DNA from: Deltaproteobacteria bacterium
GTDB taxonomy: Bacteria; Desulfobacterota; Binatia; UBA9968
Length of the DNA stretch: 64,000 bases
Assembly (NCBI GenBank): GCA_016210115.1
Contig: JACQUW010000326.1
Location: forward strand, 131-64,130
Direction of reading: 5' to 3'
This document shows positions 42,921-51,954 of this stretch, one piece after another (positions within the stretch are counted from its first letter, which is position 1; every line of letters begins with the position of its first letter). Under the pieces are notes generated by a model. The model made no database searches. It was not told where the DNA came from and was given only the letters and a program-made list of their open reading frames with translations. Made by a program: the position numbers and the translations under genes.

Positions 42921-44378
42921 TCATCTGGACTCAGCGGGCGAGCCGAATAAAACCTCTCCCCATCGCGACATCGCTTCGTCGAGAACCTCTTTGTCAGCCG
43001 CGCAACGCCGCGGAGCACGATCCCGCCAACCGTACGGCCAGCATGCGTCTATAATCGCGCGCGAGCTAAGCCCTTTGTTGCCGGGCTCGATCGCGGGGTC
43101 CATCTCCGAGCTCCAGCATCCCTTGACGATCTCAACGGATCTTTCCGGATCTGACCGGGTCAGCACGGCCCACAAAACATCGTCGAAATTCCGGATGTCG
43201 ATATCGTCGTCCACGACGATGATGTAGCGGCCCATGAATCCCCCGGTGCGGCATCCCATCGCGGCAAAAGCCGCCTGCCGCGAGTGACCCGGATATTTCT
43301 GGCTGATACCGATCACCATTAGAAAGCGGCTGCCTCCGGCCGGATGGTACCAGACTCCCCGGACTCCAGGCACCCCGGCTTTGCGCAAAAAATCTTCCAC
43401 CGACATCGCCCTCAGCAGGCGCTGGGACCACGTCACTTCCATCGGAGGCCTGCAGGGCGGCGACCCTAAGAGTATCGGATCGTTTCGGTGATAGAGCGCT
43501 TTGACTTTGATCAAGGGCTCTTCACGACACGGGCTCGTATAGTAGCCGGTCCATTCTCCAAAAGGACCTTCCGGAGCCGTTTCCGTGGGCGAGATCTCCC
43601 CTTCGATCGCCAGCTCGGAAAATGCCGGGATGGGAAGGCCTGTCACTGGTCCGCGGATCACCTCTATCGGCTCTCCCGCAATGCCGCCGATGAATTCGTA
43701 CTCCGAGAGTTGTTCCGGAATCGTGTTTCCCGCGATCAAAAAAACCAGTGGATGATGGCCGAACGAGATCGCGATCGGGCAGGCCTTACCACGACGGAAG
43801 TACTTTTCCCGGTGAAAATAACCGTCTTTGCCTTTGATGAACCAGCCCACCAGGCAATCGGGTCTGTTGGTCAGCATGACCCGATACGTGCCCAGGTTCA
43901 CGGCCCCTGTATCCGGGTCAGCCGTTATGTTGGCGTTCGCGGTGCCTATGTACCTCCCGCCATCTTCGCGATGCCATTTCGGAGCCGGAAAGAGAAGAAG
44001 ATCGATCTTCTCGCCTTCGAGCGTATTCTCCATGATCGGACCGTCATTGACATACCGCGGCGCGATCGGCGCAGCATTCTCCAGCTTCTCTCGCCACCGT
44101 CGTTGGAAGGCAGCCAGCGCCGGTTCCGGACCAAAGCCGCAGCTTAAGCTCAGCCGTCGTAGCGATCCGGTCGAGTTCGTAAGCACGCGATACCCTTTCG
44201 GGTAACCGGGAATCTCGTCAAATAGAACCGCAGGACCGTTTTCCTTCTGCTGGGCGAGATCGGTAACCGCTCCGATCTGCTCGTCCCAGTGAGCTCCGCG
44301 GATGAGTCTGACCTCGCCCAGGGAGCGGACGTCTTCTACCCATTTTCGCAGATCCGACCAGTCATCCGTCATCGGCAT
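42921..44378 (-). CDS. UbiD-family decarboxylase, paralog 2
   Basis: EGPFGEWTGYYTS is present. It is closest to paralog 1 over its full length. The start could be TTG 44384, ATG 44378 or ATG 44372. Confidence 0.9.
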   Translation of the reverse strand: MPMTDDWSDLRKWVEDVRSLGEVRLIRGAHWDEQIGAVTDLAQQKENGPAVLFDEIPGYPKGYRVLTNSTGSLRRLSLSCGFGPEPALAAFQRRWREKLENAAPIAPRYVNDGPIMENTLEGEKIDLLLFPAPKWHREDGGRYIGTANANITADPDTGAVNLGTYRVMLTNRPDCLVGWFIKGKDGYFHREKYFRRGKACPIAISFGHHPLVFLIAGNTIPEQLSEYEFIGGIAGEPIEVIRGPVTGLPIPAFSELAIEGEISPTETAPEGPFGEWTGYYTSPCREEPLIKVKALYHRNDPILLGSPPCRPPMEVTWSQRLLRAMSVEDFLRKAGVPGVRGVWYHPAGGSRFLMVIGISQKYPGHSRQAAFAAMGCRTGGFMGRYIIVVDDDIDIRNFDDVLWAVLTRSDPERSVEIVKGCWSSEMDPAIEPGNKGLSSRAIIDACWPYGWRDRAPRRCAADKEVLDEAMSRWGEVLFGSPAESR

Positions 44379-44494
44379 ATCCAACCTGGCAGAGGGTTCA
44401 TACGTAACTTAGCGGTTCTAAAAAGGCGCCGAGAAGGCCTGTTCTCTCGCTCTTCTTGCGAAATCCGGCCGCTCTCCGTCATGTCCGCGCAGAG

Positions 44495-44574
44495 CCTGCC
44501 CCCGCGAAAGCGTGGGGCGGGTATCCAGTCCGTTTCTGCCCCGCGCCTGGATTCCCGCTTTCGCGGGAATGACG
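44495..44574. repeat. Inverted pair of REP-like elements (CCCGCGAAAGCG core)
   Basis: GCCTGCCCCCGCGAAAGCGTGGGGCGGGTATCCAG (44495-44527) faces CTGGATTCCCGCTTTCGCGGGAATGACG (44547-44574). The second contains the perfect hairpin ATTCCCGC-TTTC-GCGGGAAT. Confidence 0.65.
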
Positions 44575-44674
44575 AAAAGGCCCGTCGCGTCGCCTCCAAT
44601 GTCTACTGCCTAGTGAAAACTCAAACCAACTTTAGAAATCGTGAGGCAGCGTCAAAGCTACAATCACACGCCGT

Positions 44675-45661
44675 CTATCGATGAGCGCCTCCGAGCTCTC
44701 TTAGAGCTTCCATTAAGTAACTTTGGTCCACAAACTTTTCGGGCGAGGGCATGCGCCCTTTGGCCTGGATCTGCTCCTCATAAATCTGGACCACGGTTCG
44801 TATTCCCTCCACGTTGACTCGCGCATCCGGATCCCAGACTCGATTTTGGACGTAATACTCCCAACCCTTGCGGGCGTGCTCGGGCTTGAGATTGACCTCT
44901 GTGGCCAGAAGACTGACCGCTGCCTCTTTGTTCTCGTGCACCCAGCGCATGGCCATAACCATCGCTTTCATGAAACGCACCAGCAACGGCCGGTTTCGTT
45001 CGGCCCAGGAACGCCTTGCCGAGACCGCGCTGAGCACGTAGTTTGGAACGACGTCCACCGCTTTGCCGATGGCATTGAATCCCATTTCTTCCGCGGCATA
45101 ACTGGTGGGAATCGAGAGCAGCGCCGCGCCGATCTGGCCCGAGGACAAAGCGGCCAATGCCAGAGGAGATCCTCCGACATTGATCAGCTTATAGTCTGCC
45201 GGATACTCCAGGCCCTTGGCCTTCAGCACGCGCTTTAATAGAAACGCGACGCCGGAAGCCAGACCCGAGGAGCCGATGGTCGCTCCCCGAAGATCCTCGT
45301 AGGTCTTGTAGCCTTTGCCCCCGATGACGATGTGAGTCGACTTGTTCGACATTCCCCCGATTACCGCGAGATCCAATCCTTGCTCCACCGCCGCCACCGT
45401 CACGTCCGGCGTGGAGACCGCCGCATACACCGAGCCGCCCACCAGGGCCTGGACCGCTTTGTCCCCGCCGCGCATGAGCACGACCTGCGCCTCGAGCCCC
45501 TGCTGATCGAAAAAGCCACGCTTCGCCGCGATCCAGAGCGGCGCGTAACCGAGAATCTTGCTTGAAGCGCTTACCGGAAATTTGATCTTCTCCTGGGCTG
45601 CAGATCCGGATGAAAACCCAATCACGAGTATGAAAACCAATAACCAGTTCCGCCGCAGCAT
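44675..45661 (-). CDS. Periplasmic SBP, NMT1/SsuA/TauA-like
   Basis: ATG 45661 with GGCAGGAG upstream gives MLRRNWLLVFILVIGFSSGSAAQ. It is a paralog of the other NMT1-like SBPs. Confidence 0.8.
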   Translation of the reverse strand: MLRRNWLLVFILVIGFSSGSAAQEKIKFPVSASSKILGYAPLWIAAKRGFFDQQGLEAQVVLMRGGDKAVQALVGGSVYAAVSTPDVTVAAVEQGLDLAVIGGMSNKSTHIVIGGKGYKTYEDLRGATIGSSGLASGVAFLLKRVLKAKGLEYPADYKLINVGGSPLALAALSSGQIGAALLSIPTSYAAEEMGFNAIGKAVDVVPNYVLSAVSARRSWAERNRPLLVRFMKAMVMAMRWVHENKEAAVSLLATEVNLKPEHARKGWEYYVQNRVWDPDARVNVEGIRTVVQIYEEQIQAKGRMPSPEKFVDQSYLMEALRELGGAHR

Positions 45662-45683
45662 GGATCTCCTGCCTTTCTCTTCG

Positions 45684-46382
45684 TTATATCCGAGCATCCC
45701 TTTTCACCCGCCTGACAAAATAATCCCACATGGGTCGCAAGCGTTCTCCGGTGTAACTCAGATGAAATTTCGCTTCTGCCTCATCATCGCTGCACCAGGA
45801 AGGTTCGCCCGAAGCGCTCGCAAGGAGTTGGGCGCGAACCGCCTTTTCCAAAAAGACCCCGAACAACGTTGCCTCCTCCACCGAGCTTCCCACCACCGTC
45901 ACTCCGTGGTTTCTCATCAGCACGGCCCGGCCGTCTTGTAAGGTCTTGGCCAGCTCGGCACCCAGCTCAGGCGTACGGATGAGAGCGGTTGTAGACTCGA
46001 ACAACGGAAGCCGGGAGGAAAAAATAGCGCCCTCATAGCTGATGGGGCGGAACGTCTGGCCGAGAGAGCCAAAGGCAGTCGCAAACGGCGGATGCGTATG
46101 AATCACACAGTTCACATCGGGCCGGACCTTATAGATCTCCGTGTGAATGAAAATTTCCAGATGAACGCCTGCTTCCCCTTCCAGCTTTCTTCCTTCAAAG
46201 TCACAGACGATCAGATCCCGGGCCTCGATCTCCTCGAGGCCAAAGCCGCTCGGCTTGATCAGGATCTTCTCTTGGTTCTCGACACGCGCGGAGACGTGGC
46301 CTAAAATATTATCCTGATGGCCTTCACGGGCCAGAATCCTGCATGCGTAAGCGACCTTTTCTCTTAGCTCATTGAGATTCAT
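45684..46382 (-). CDS. Class II aldolase/adducin-family protein
   Basis: REKVAYACRILAREGHQDNILGHVSARV and VIHTHPPFATAF are typical of the family. Confidence 0.85.
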   Translation of the reverse strand: MNLNELREKVAYACRILAREGHQDNILGHVSARVENQEKILIKPSGFGLEEIEARDLIVCDFEGRKLEGEAGVHLEIFIHTEIYKVRPDVNCVIHTHPPFATAFGSLGQTFRPISYEGAIFSSRLPLFESTTALIRTPELGAELAKTLQDGRAVLMRNHGVTVVGSSVEEATLFGVFLEKAVRAQLLASASGEPSWCSDDEAEAKFHLSYTGERLRPMWDYFVRRVKRDARI

Positions 46383-46414
46383 AGACGCGCTGACCCTGTT
46401 TGAAATGTGTCTTT

Positions 46415-46508
46415 TCCTCCCCCCTTGCGGGGGAAGATTAAAGTGGGGGGATTGTGGTTTTCCTCATTCGCCCCCCCATCCTGGCCTTCCCCCGCGAGGG
46501 GGGAAGGA
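46415..46508. repeat. Two G/C-run hairpin elements
   Basis: TCCTCCCCCC-TTGC-GGGGGAAGA lies at 46415-46437. CCTTCCCCC-GCGAGG-GGGGAAGG lies at 46487-46508, with a perfect 9-bp stem. Confidence 0.5.
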
Positions 46509-46624
46509 ACTAAATCCGTTACCAGCAGCCATTGCGATACTGTCGCTGACCGAGGAATCAGGTCAGAGTCGCCGAAGTTTGCAGGCTCCCTTCACTCTCG
46601 CCCTGTCGCATCATAGTTGAAATC

Positions 46625-48934
46625 TCAGACCTCTTTCTTTTTGGACTCTGCGCCCTGCACCGCCCGCCAAACTCGTTCTCCTTTTAAAGGGATCTGGTGT
46701 GGTCGCATACCGGTCGCGTCGTGCACCGCATTGCAGATCGCAGGAGCTGCCGCCAATATCCCTCCTTCCCCCATCCCCTTCGCCCCATAAGGACCAGGAC
46801 CCCCGCCCTGCTCCAAAATCCGCGTCGTGAAAGACCGCGGAAGATCACGAAACCGCGGAAGCCGGTAATCCACCAGATTCGGATTCATGAGCCGCCCCTC
46901 CGTATAAACCAGCTCTTCACAAAGACCGAGCCCGATCCCGAACATCGCCGCCCCTTCGTCCTGACCACGACAGTGCAGCGGATGGATCATCTTTCCCGCA
47001 TCGGTAACCGAAGCGTACTTCAAAAGCTTTACTTCCCCCGTCATCTCGTCCACCTCAACCTCGGCCCCCGCTAATCCAATTTCCCAGAAGGGAGACGGGT
47101 ATCCGAGCGGCACCTCGCGGCTGGGATAGACTTTGAAAAATCCGCGGCCGACAATTTCAGTTCCCGTATCGGCGAAGGCGGATCGCATGACTTCGCGGAA
47201 GCTCAAAGTTCGATCCCGACAAACAACTTTCCCCTCCTTCAGCTCGACGTCTCCCGGATCCGCCTGCAGAGCCTGCGCCGCAGCGGCAATGAACTGCTCC
47301 CGCGCATGCCTTGCCGCCTTTTGCACCGCCTGGCCCATGATGGAAACAGCGCTGCTGGCGTTGGTCCCTTTATCGAAAGGCGTGTGTTGGGTATCCAGCT
47401 CAGCGACGCGCATCTCCTCGGGATTCATTGCCAGCTCTTCGGCGACCACCTGGAGCAGCGCGGTGCGAATGCCCTGGCCAATTTCGACCGATCCGGTCGC
47501 CAAAACCACGCTGCCATCCGAAAGGATTTTAACCAGAGCATGCGCCGGCTTGTTGGTCCCTCCGCCATCTTTAACGGCGCACGCGATTCCCTTCCCTCTC
47601 TTGAGCCCGTTCGCAGCTCCGTCTTCCCTGTTTTGCCACTGGATCATGTCCGCCACTTCAAGCAACCCGCCCTTGAGGTCGCAGTCCAGTCGCGTGTCAC
47701 CGGGAGCGAACTCCTCGCCTTTTTCTAGAATATTTTTGATCCTGAGCTCCAGGGGATCCATGTTGAGACGAAGCGCGATTGAATCGAGATGAGACTCGTA
47801 GGCAAAGACCACCTGGGTCGCGCCAAAGCCGCGAAAGGCGCCGGCGGGCACCGTATTCGTATAAACGTGAAAAGAGTCAGTGAGAACGTGAGGTATGCGG
47901 TAGGGCCCGTGCGCACGATATCCGGCCTTTTCCGCCACCGACGGCCCGGACGTCGCATAAGCTCCGCCGTTGAGGTAGACCTCGCAGCGGCGCGCGATAA
48001 ACCGGCCATCTTTGCTGACACCCGTCTTGATGGTGAGCTTCGCTCCCGGCTGGCAAACGGTTAGGAAGGTCTCGTCGGCGCTGAGCGCCAGCCTCACCGG
48101 CCGCCGGGAAAGGCGAGAAAGGGCTGCGGCGAGAGCCTCGGTCTTTATCCCGCCCTTGCCTCCATAACCTCCGCCGACATACGGAACCACTACTCGAACG
48201 TGGCTTAGCGAAATTCCGAACATCTGAGAGAGCTCCTGCCGGACGGGAAACGGCATCTGGGTTGAGCTCACAACCGTAAGGCTTTTGCCCTCGAAGCTGG
48301 CGACGCTGATGTGCGGCTCGAGCGGATAGTGCTGCGCGCTTGGGAACAAAAACGTGTCCTCGATAATATGATCCGACGCCGCGAATCCCTCTTGGATATC
48401 TCCCCGTTGATAACGGAAATGGAGACCGACGTTGCTTTTCTCATGAACGATATGGCTTGCGCCCCTGCCGTAGCTCGGTTCCTTGAAGCCTCGGAGGTTT
48501 TCATGAATGAGGGGAGCATTCTCCGCAAGAGCTTCTTCAATCGTCGTCGCCGCCGGCAGTTCGTCGTAGTCGACCTCGATCTTCTTAAGCGCCTCCTCCG
48601 CGATATCCTCTTCCACCGCAACCACAGCCGCGACAATATCCCCGGCGTAGCGCGCTTTATCGATCGCGACGATCGGCTGATCCTTGATGAATTGCCCGTA
48701 GAAAGGAAAAGCAACCTGCAAATTATCCCTGGTCAGAACGGCCAGGACTCCCGGCACCGATTGGGCTCCGCGACCGTCCACGCGACGGATATGGGCGTGA
48801 GCCAAAGGGCTTCGCAGCACCTTTGCGTACGCCATTCCCGGGAGTCTGAAATCATGGGTAAAAACGGCTCTCCCCGTGACTTTTTCTTCGCCGTCCACCC
48901 GGAGCAGGCTCTGCCCTACGGTCGCTCTTGACAT
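46625..48934 (-). CDS. Molybdopterin-binding large subunit of xanthine-dehydrogenase-family enzyme (L2)
   Basis: EEKVTGRAVF, VPYVGGGYGGKG, VYTNTVPAGAFRGFGATQ and GPGPYGAKGMGEGG are present. Confidence 0.92.
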   Translation of the reverse strand: MSRATVGQSLLRVDGEEKVTGRAVFTHDFRLPGMAYAKVLRSPLAHAHIRRVDGRGAQSVPGVLAVLTRDNLQVAFPFYGQFIKDQPIVAIDKARYAGDIVAAVVAVEEDIAEEALKKIEVDYDELPAATTIEEALAENAPLIHENLRGFKEPSYGRGASHIVHEKSNVGLHFRYQRGDIQEGFAASDHIIEDTFLFPSAQHYPLEPHISVASFEGKSLTVVSSTQMPFPVRQELSQMFGISLSHVRVVVPYVGGGYGGKGGIKTEALAAALSRLSRRPVRLALSADETFLTVCQPGAKLTIKTGVSKDGRFIARRCEVYLNGGAYATSGPSVAEKAGYRAHGPYRIPHVLTDSFHVYTNTVPAGAFRGFGATQVVFAYESHLDSIALRLNMDPLELRIKNILEKGEEFAPGDTRLDCDLKGGLLEVADMIQWQNREDGAANGLKRGKGIACAVKDGGGTNKPAHALVKILSDGSVVLATGSVEIGQGIRTALLQVVAEELAMNPEEMRVAELDTQHTPFDKGTNASSAVSIMGQAVQKAARHAREQFIAAAAQALQADPGDVELKEGKVVCRDRTLSFREVMRSAFADTGTEIVGRGFFKVYPSREVPLGYPSPFWEIGLAGAEVEVDEMTGEVKLLKYASVTDAGKMIHPLHCRGQDEGAAMFGIGLGLCEELVYTEGRLMNPNLVDYRLPRFRDLPRSFTTRILEQGGGPGPYGAKGMGEGGILAAAPAICNAVHDATGMRPHQIPLKGERVWRAVQGAESKKKEV

Positions 48935-49413
48935 GATTTCCTCATCATTTCGGCCGCGCGCAAAATGGATTCAATGATCATCTGATATCCGGTGCAGCGA
49001 CAGATGTTCGCATCCATGTACTCCTGCACTTCTTCCCAACTCGGGTCCGGTTTTTCGTCCAGCAGAGCCTTGGCCAGGAGAATCATCCCGGGAGTGCAAA
49101 AGCCACACTGAAAACCGCCATGCTCGATGAAGGCTTCCTGAAGCGGATGCAATCGATTGCCTTGAGCCAGACCCTCGATGGTCGTCACATCTTTCCCGTC
49201 GATCTCGAAGGCAAACAAGGAGCATGAGCTCATCGCCTTGCCGTCGATCAAGACGGTGCACGAGCCGCAGATTTCTATATCGCAGGACTTTTTGGTTCCT
49301 GTGAGACCCAGCCGGTCACGGATAAAATCGATCAATAACTCATTGGTCTTTGCTTCCGCCTGGCATTCTCTTCCATTCAGGCGAAAGCGAACAGAAACGA
49401 GAGATTCACCCAC
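48916..49413 (-). CDS. (2Fe-2S)-binding small subunit (S2)
   Basis: SCDIEICGSCTV..SC and CGFCTPG..CRCTGY are present. The start is GTG. Confidence 0.92.
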   Translation of the reverse strand: MGESLVSVRFRLNGRECQAEAKTNELLIDFIRDRLGLTGTKKSCDIEICGSCTVLIDGKAMSSCSLFAFEIDGKDVTTIEGLAQGNRLHPLQEAFIEHGGFQCGFCTPGMILLAKALLDEKPDPSWEEVQEYMDANICRCTGYQMIIESILRAAEMMRKSCQERP

Positions 49414-50284
49414 GCGTTCGCTCCTTTCTTTGGCACAACTGCCTCAAACCCCGGCCCACCAGGACCTTTACAATATGCCGCTTGTACTCTACGGAGCCCC
49501 AGAGGTCCTCCAAAGGATCAGACAAAAGGGTAGCCTTTTCCCCGGCCTCCATGGCCGTATCAAAAATCTCGTCGACCCCTTTTCCTTTGAGATCTTCCTC
49601 CACCTCCCTGGCCCGTACCGGTTTCGGGCCCACACAGCCTAACGCGATTCTTATCTCATCGGCGACCGAGCCGTTCCCACGCACCAGGACCGCAGCGGTA
49701 ACCGTAGGCCTCTCTCCCGGGCAGAAGCGAAGATAGGCGCCGCGAAAGTTGTCCGGAAGTTTTGGAATTTGCACTTCGGTCAAGATCTCATCCGGATCGA
49801 GAGCGGTTTTATAATAGTCCACGAAGAAATCATCCACGCTGAGGCTTCTTTCCCTTTTTGCATTCCGGGCCTTGATGCTGGCGCCGTAAGCCAGGAGGAG
49901 AGTTCCCGGATCAGCTTTGGGCTCCGCGAAACAAAGATTTGCGGCCAGCGTGCCGGCGTTTCGAATCCTCACGTTGGCCAACTGGCGCTCCATGTCTCTC
50001 ACAAGCGGAAAATGCTCCTGGACAATAGAGGACAGCTCCAGGGCGCGATGCGTCACCAGGGCGCCGATGCGCAATTTCTTATCCGCAGGGTCGTAGTCCA
50101 GAAAATCCAGCCCGGGAATTTTTTTTATATCGACCAGGTGACCGTAACTCGCCAAGCCCATCTTCAGTAGCAAGATGAGCTCGCTTCCACCGGCAAGGAT
50201 TTTGGCCTCCCCGCCATAGCGATCCAGCAGAGACGCGGCAGACTCAACAGAATCAGGCCTGTGCAGAGTAAAAGGTAGAATCAA
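49406..50284 (-). CDS. FAD-binding medium subunit (M2, CoxM/XdhB-like)
   Basis: FTLHRPDSVESAASLL..AKILAGGSELILLLK and NVRIRNAGTLAANL are present. An apparent TTG start has AAGGGGGG upstream. Confidence 0.88.
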   Translation of the reverse strand: MILPFTLHRPDSVESAASLLDRYGGEAKILAGGSELILLLKMGLASYGHLVDIKKIPGLDFLDYDPADKKLRIGALVTHRALELSSIVQEHFPLVRDMERQLANVRIRNAGTLAANLCFAEPKADPGTLLLAYGASIKARNAKRERSLSVDDFFVDYYKTALDPDEILTEVQIPKLPDNFRGAYLRFCPGERPTVTAAVLVRGNGSVADEIRIALGCVGPKPVRAREVEEDLKGKGVDEIFDTAMEAGEKATLLSDPLEDLWGSVEYKRHIVKVLVGRGLRQLCQRKERTRG

Positions 50285-50345
50285 AACCAGCCCCCCTTAG
50301 TTGATAGAATCTTGTAGAAAATCTTAGTCCTGGAATGCCCTTTTT

Positions 50346-51380
50346 TCACGTATCCAAAGTGCTGCGGTAAAAGAGATCCTCGACCCGGAGGGGCTTTGGG
50401 ATTAAGCCCTCTTCGTGGGACCCGCGGATCAGTATCTCAAGCATGGTTCTGTTCTTTGCCAGCCCGAACACGTAGGGATCCGGGCCGAAAACAGCCTCCT
50501 GCCGCTTGTAATCGTCACCTTCAAAAAGGAGATAGGCAGACGCCCAGCGCCGGGCCCTTTCGTAAGCGACTTCTTTGGAGCGCTGAAAGGCCCGGTAGAG
50601 CTCCAAAGCCGCCCATGGATGTTCTTTCAGGACGCGATTTTGCACGACGACCACGTGATTTACGGGAAGGACATGGATTTTGCTGAAGTACTCGCGAATG
50701 ATTGCCTGCCCGCGGTCGGGAAACAATCTTCGTATGCGCGGATTTCCCTCAATCCGAGTGCCGCCATAGCGGTCAAAGTCAGGAAACTTTCCCAGCCGAG
50801 CCCGGGGCGCGGGGACAATCCAGAAGGCGGCATCGAGCTCACCGTTCTCCAGCATCCGATCGAGAGTTTGATTCTCATTGAGCCAGTTCAGCGAAACGCC
50901 GGCGGGAGGATTTTTGTCGAGGCCAAAGACTCCGCCGTGGCTCGCTTCTTTCGCTCTGCCGATGTGCCAGCAGATATCTGACGCCTTGAGCCCGTAAAGC
51001 TCTTTCAAAACGATTCTCATCCATAAAGAAGCCGTCATAGGATAATCCGGCACGCCGACGCGCTTGCCCTTAAGATCCGCGGCATTCTCTATCCCGGCTT
51101 CAACATGGACACACAGGTTCAACCAATTAAAAGCTTTGCGCGGAAAGACAGGCAGCGCGCTCCATTGCCATTTTGACGGTTCAGGGGTCGCCTTCACCAT
51201 CAAGTATTCGGAGATCGACATCTCGAAGACGTCAAATTCATCGTGTTCGAGATTCCGGTAGAAGAGCTCTCCCGGCGAAGCCGTGACAAATTCCAGCTCG
51301 ATCCCCTGCGGCTTGACCGCGCCATCGATCAGAGGCTCCAGCCGAAGGTTCTCCGAAAACCCAACTCTCAGTCGCAGCAT
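50346..51380 (-). CDS. Cytoplasmic SBP-fold protein resembling 4,5-dihydroxyphthalate decarboxylase (PhtD/Pht5-like)
   Basis: It has no signal peptide. The N-terminus LRVGFSENLRLEPLIDGAVKPQGIELEFVTASPGELFYRNLEHDEFDVFEMSISEYL matches my recollection of that family's pattern. Confidence 0.65.
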   Translation of the reverse strand: MLRLRVGFSENLRLEPLIDGAVKPQGIELEFVTASPGELFYRNLEHDEFDVFEMSISEYLMVKATPEPSKWQWSALPVFPRKAFNWLNLCVHVEAGIENAADLKGKRVGVPDYPMTASLWMRIVLKELYGLKASDICWHIGRAKEASHGGVFGLDKNPPAGVSLNWLNENQTLDRMLENGELDAAFWIVPAPRARLGKFPDFDRYGGTRIEGNPRIRRLFPDRGQAIIREYFSKIHVLPVNHVVVVQNRVLKEHPWAALELYRAFQRSKEVAYERARRWASAYLLFEGDDYKRQEAVFGPDPYVFGLAKNRTMLEILIRGSHEEGLIPKPLRVEDLFYRSTLDT

Positions 51381-51390
51381 GGATCACCCA

Positions 51391-51470
51391 TGACTTTTCA
51401 CTTTTGACTATTGACCATTGGCCATTGACTATTTACTTTTCACGTTTCACGTTTCACTTTTCACTTCTTA
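51391..51470. repeat. Tandem-word spacer (TGACCATTG and TTTCAC words) overlapping the 3' end of S3
   Basis: TGACTTTTCACTTTTGACTATTGACCATTGGCCATTGACTATTTACTTTTCACGTTTCACGTTTCACTTTTCACTTCTTACTTC. The last codons of S3 (REVRSEK-stop) are encoded by the repeat. Confidence 0.7.
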
Positions 51471-51954
51471 CTTCCCTTAATTGCTTCGCGGCAGCAATTA
51501 CGGATTCAACGATCTTCTTATAACCGGTGCAGCGGCACAGGTTTCCCATCAGTTCTTCCCGCACGTCCTCCGGAGTAGGGTCCGGGTTGATCTCCAACAA
51601 CTCTACAGCAGTGAGAACCATCCCTGGAGTGCAATAACCACACTGGAGTCCCCAGTTATTGAGAAAGGCCTGTTGGACAGGGTGAAGCCTTCCATCCTTT
51701 TGCAGCCCCTCGATCGTTAAGAGCCGGCGGCCATCGATTCTAGCGGCAAGCATGAGGCACGCGCTCACGCTTTTGCCGTCCATCAGCACCGTACATGAGC
51801 CGCAGACTCCGATATCGCAGCTCCGCTTGGTGCCCGTGAGGTGCAGGTCGTCGCGCAGAACATCGATGAGCAGTCGATAGATCGGGATCTCCAACCGGTA
51901 CTCCTCGCCATTGACCCAAAAATGGAGCGGCCGCCGCTCAATCATGGAGTTCAC
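51454..51954 (-). CDS. (2Fe-2S)-binding small subunit (S3)
   Basis: SCDIGVCGSCTV..AC and CGYCTPG..CRCTGY are present. The start is GTG 51954 or ATG 51945. Confidence 0.92.
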   Translation of the reverse strand: MNSMIERRPLHFWVNGEEYRLEIPIYRLLIDVLRDDLHLTGTKRSCDIGVCGSCTVLMDGKSVSACLMLAARIDGRRLLTIEGLQKDGRLHPVQQAFLNNWGLQCGYCTPGMVLTAVELLEINPDPTPEDVREELMGNLCRCTGYKKIVESVIAAAKQLREVRSEK

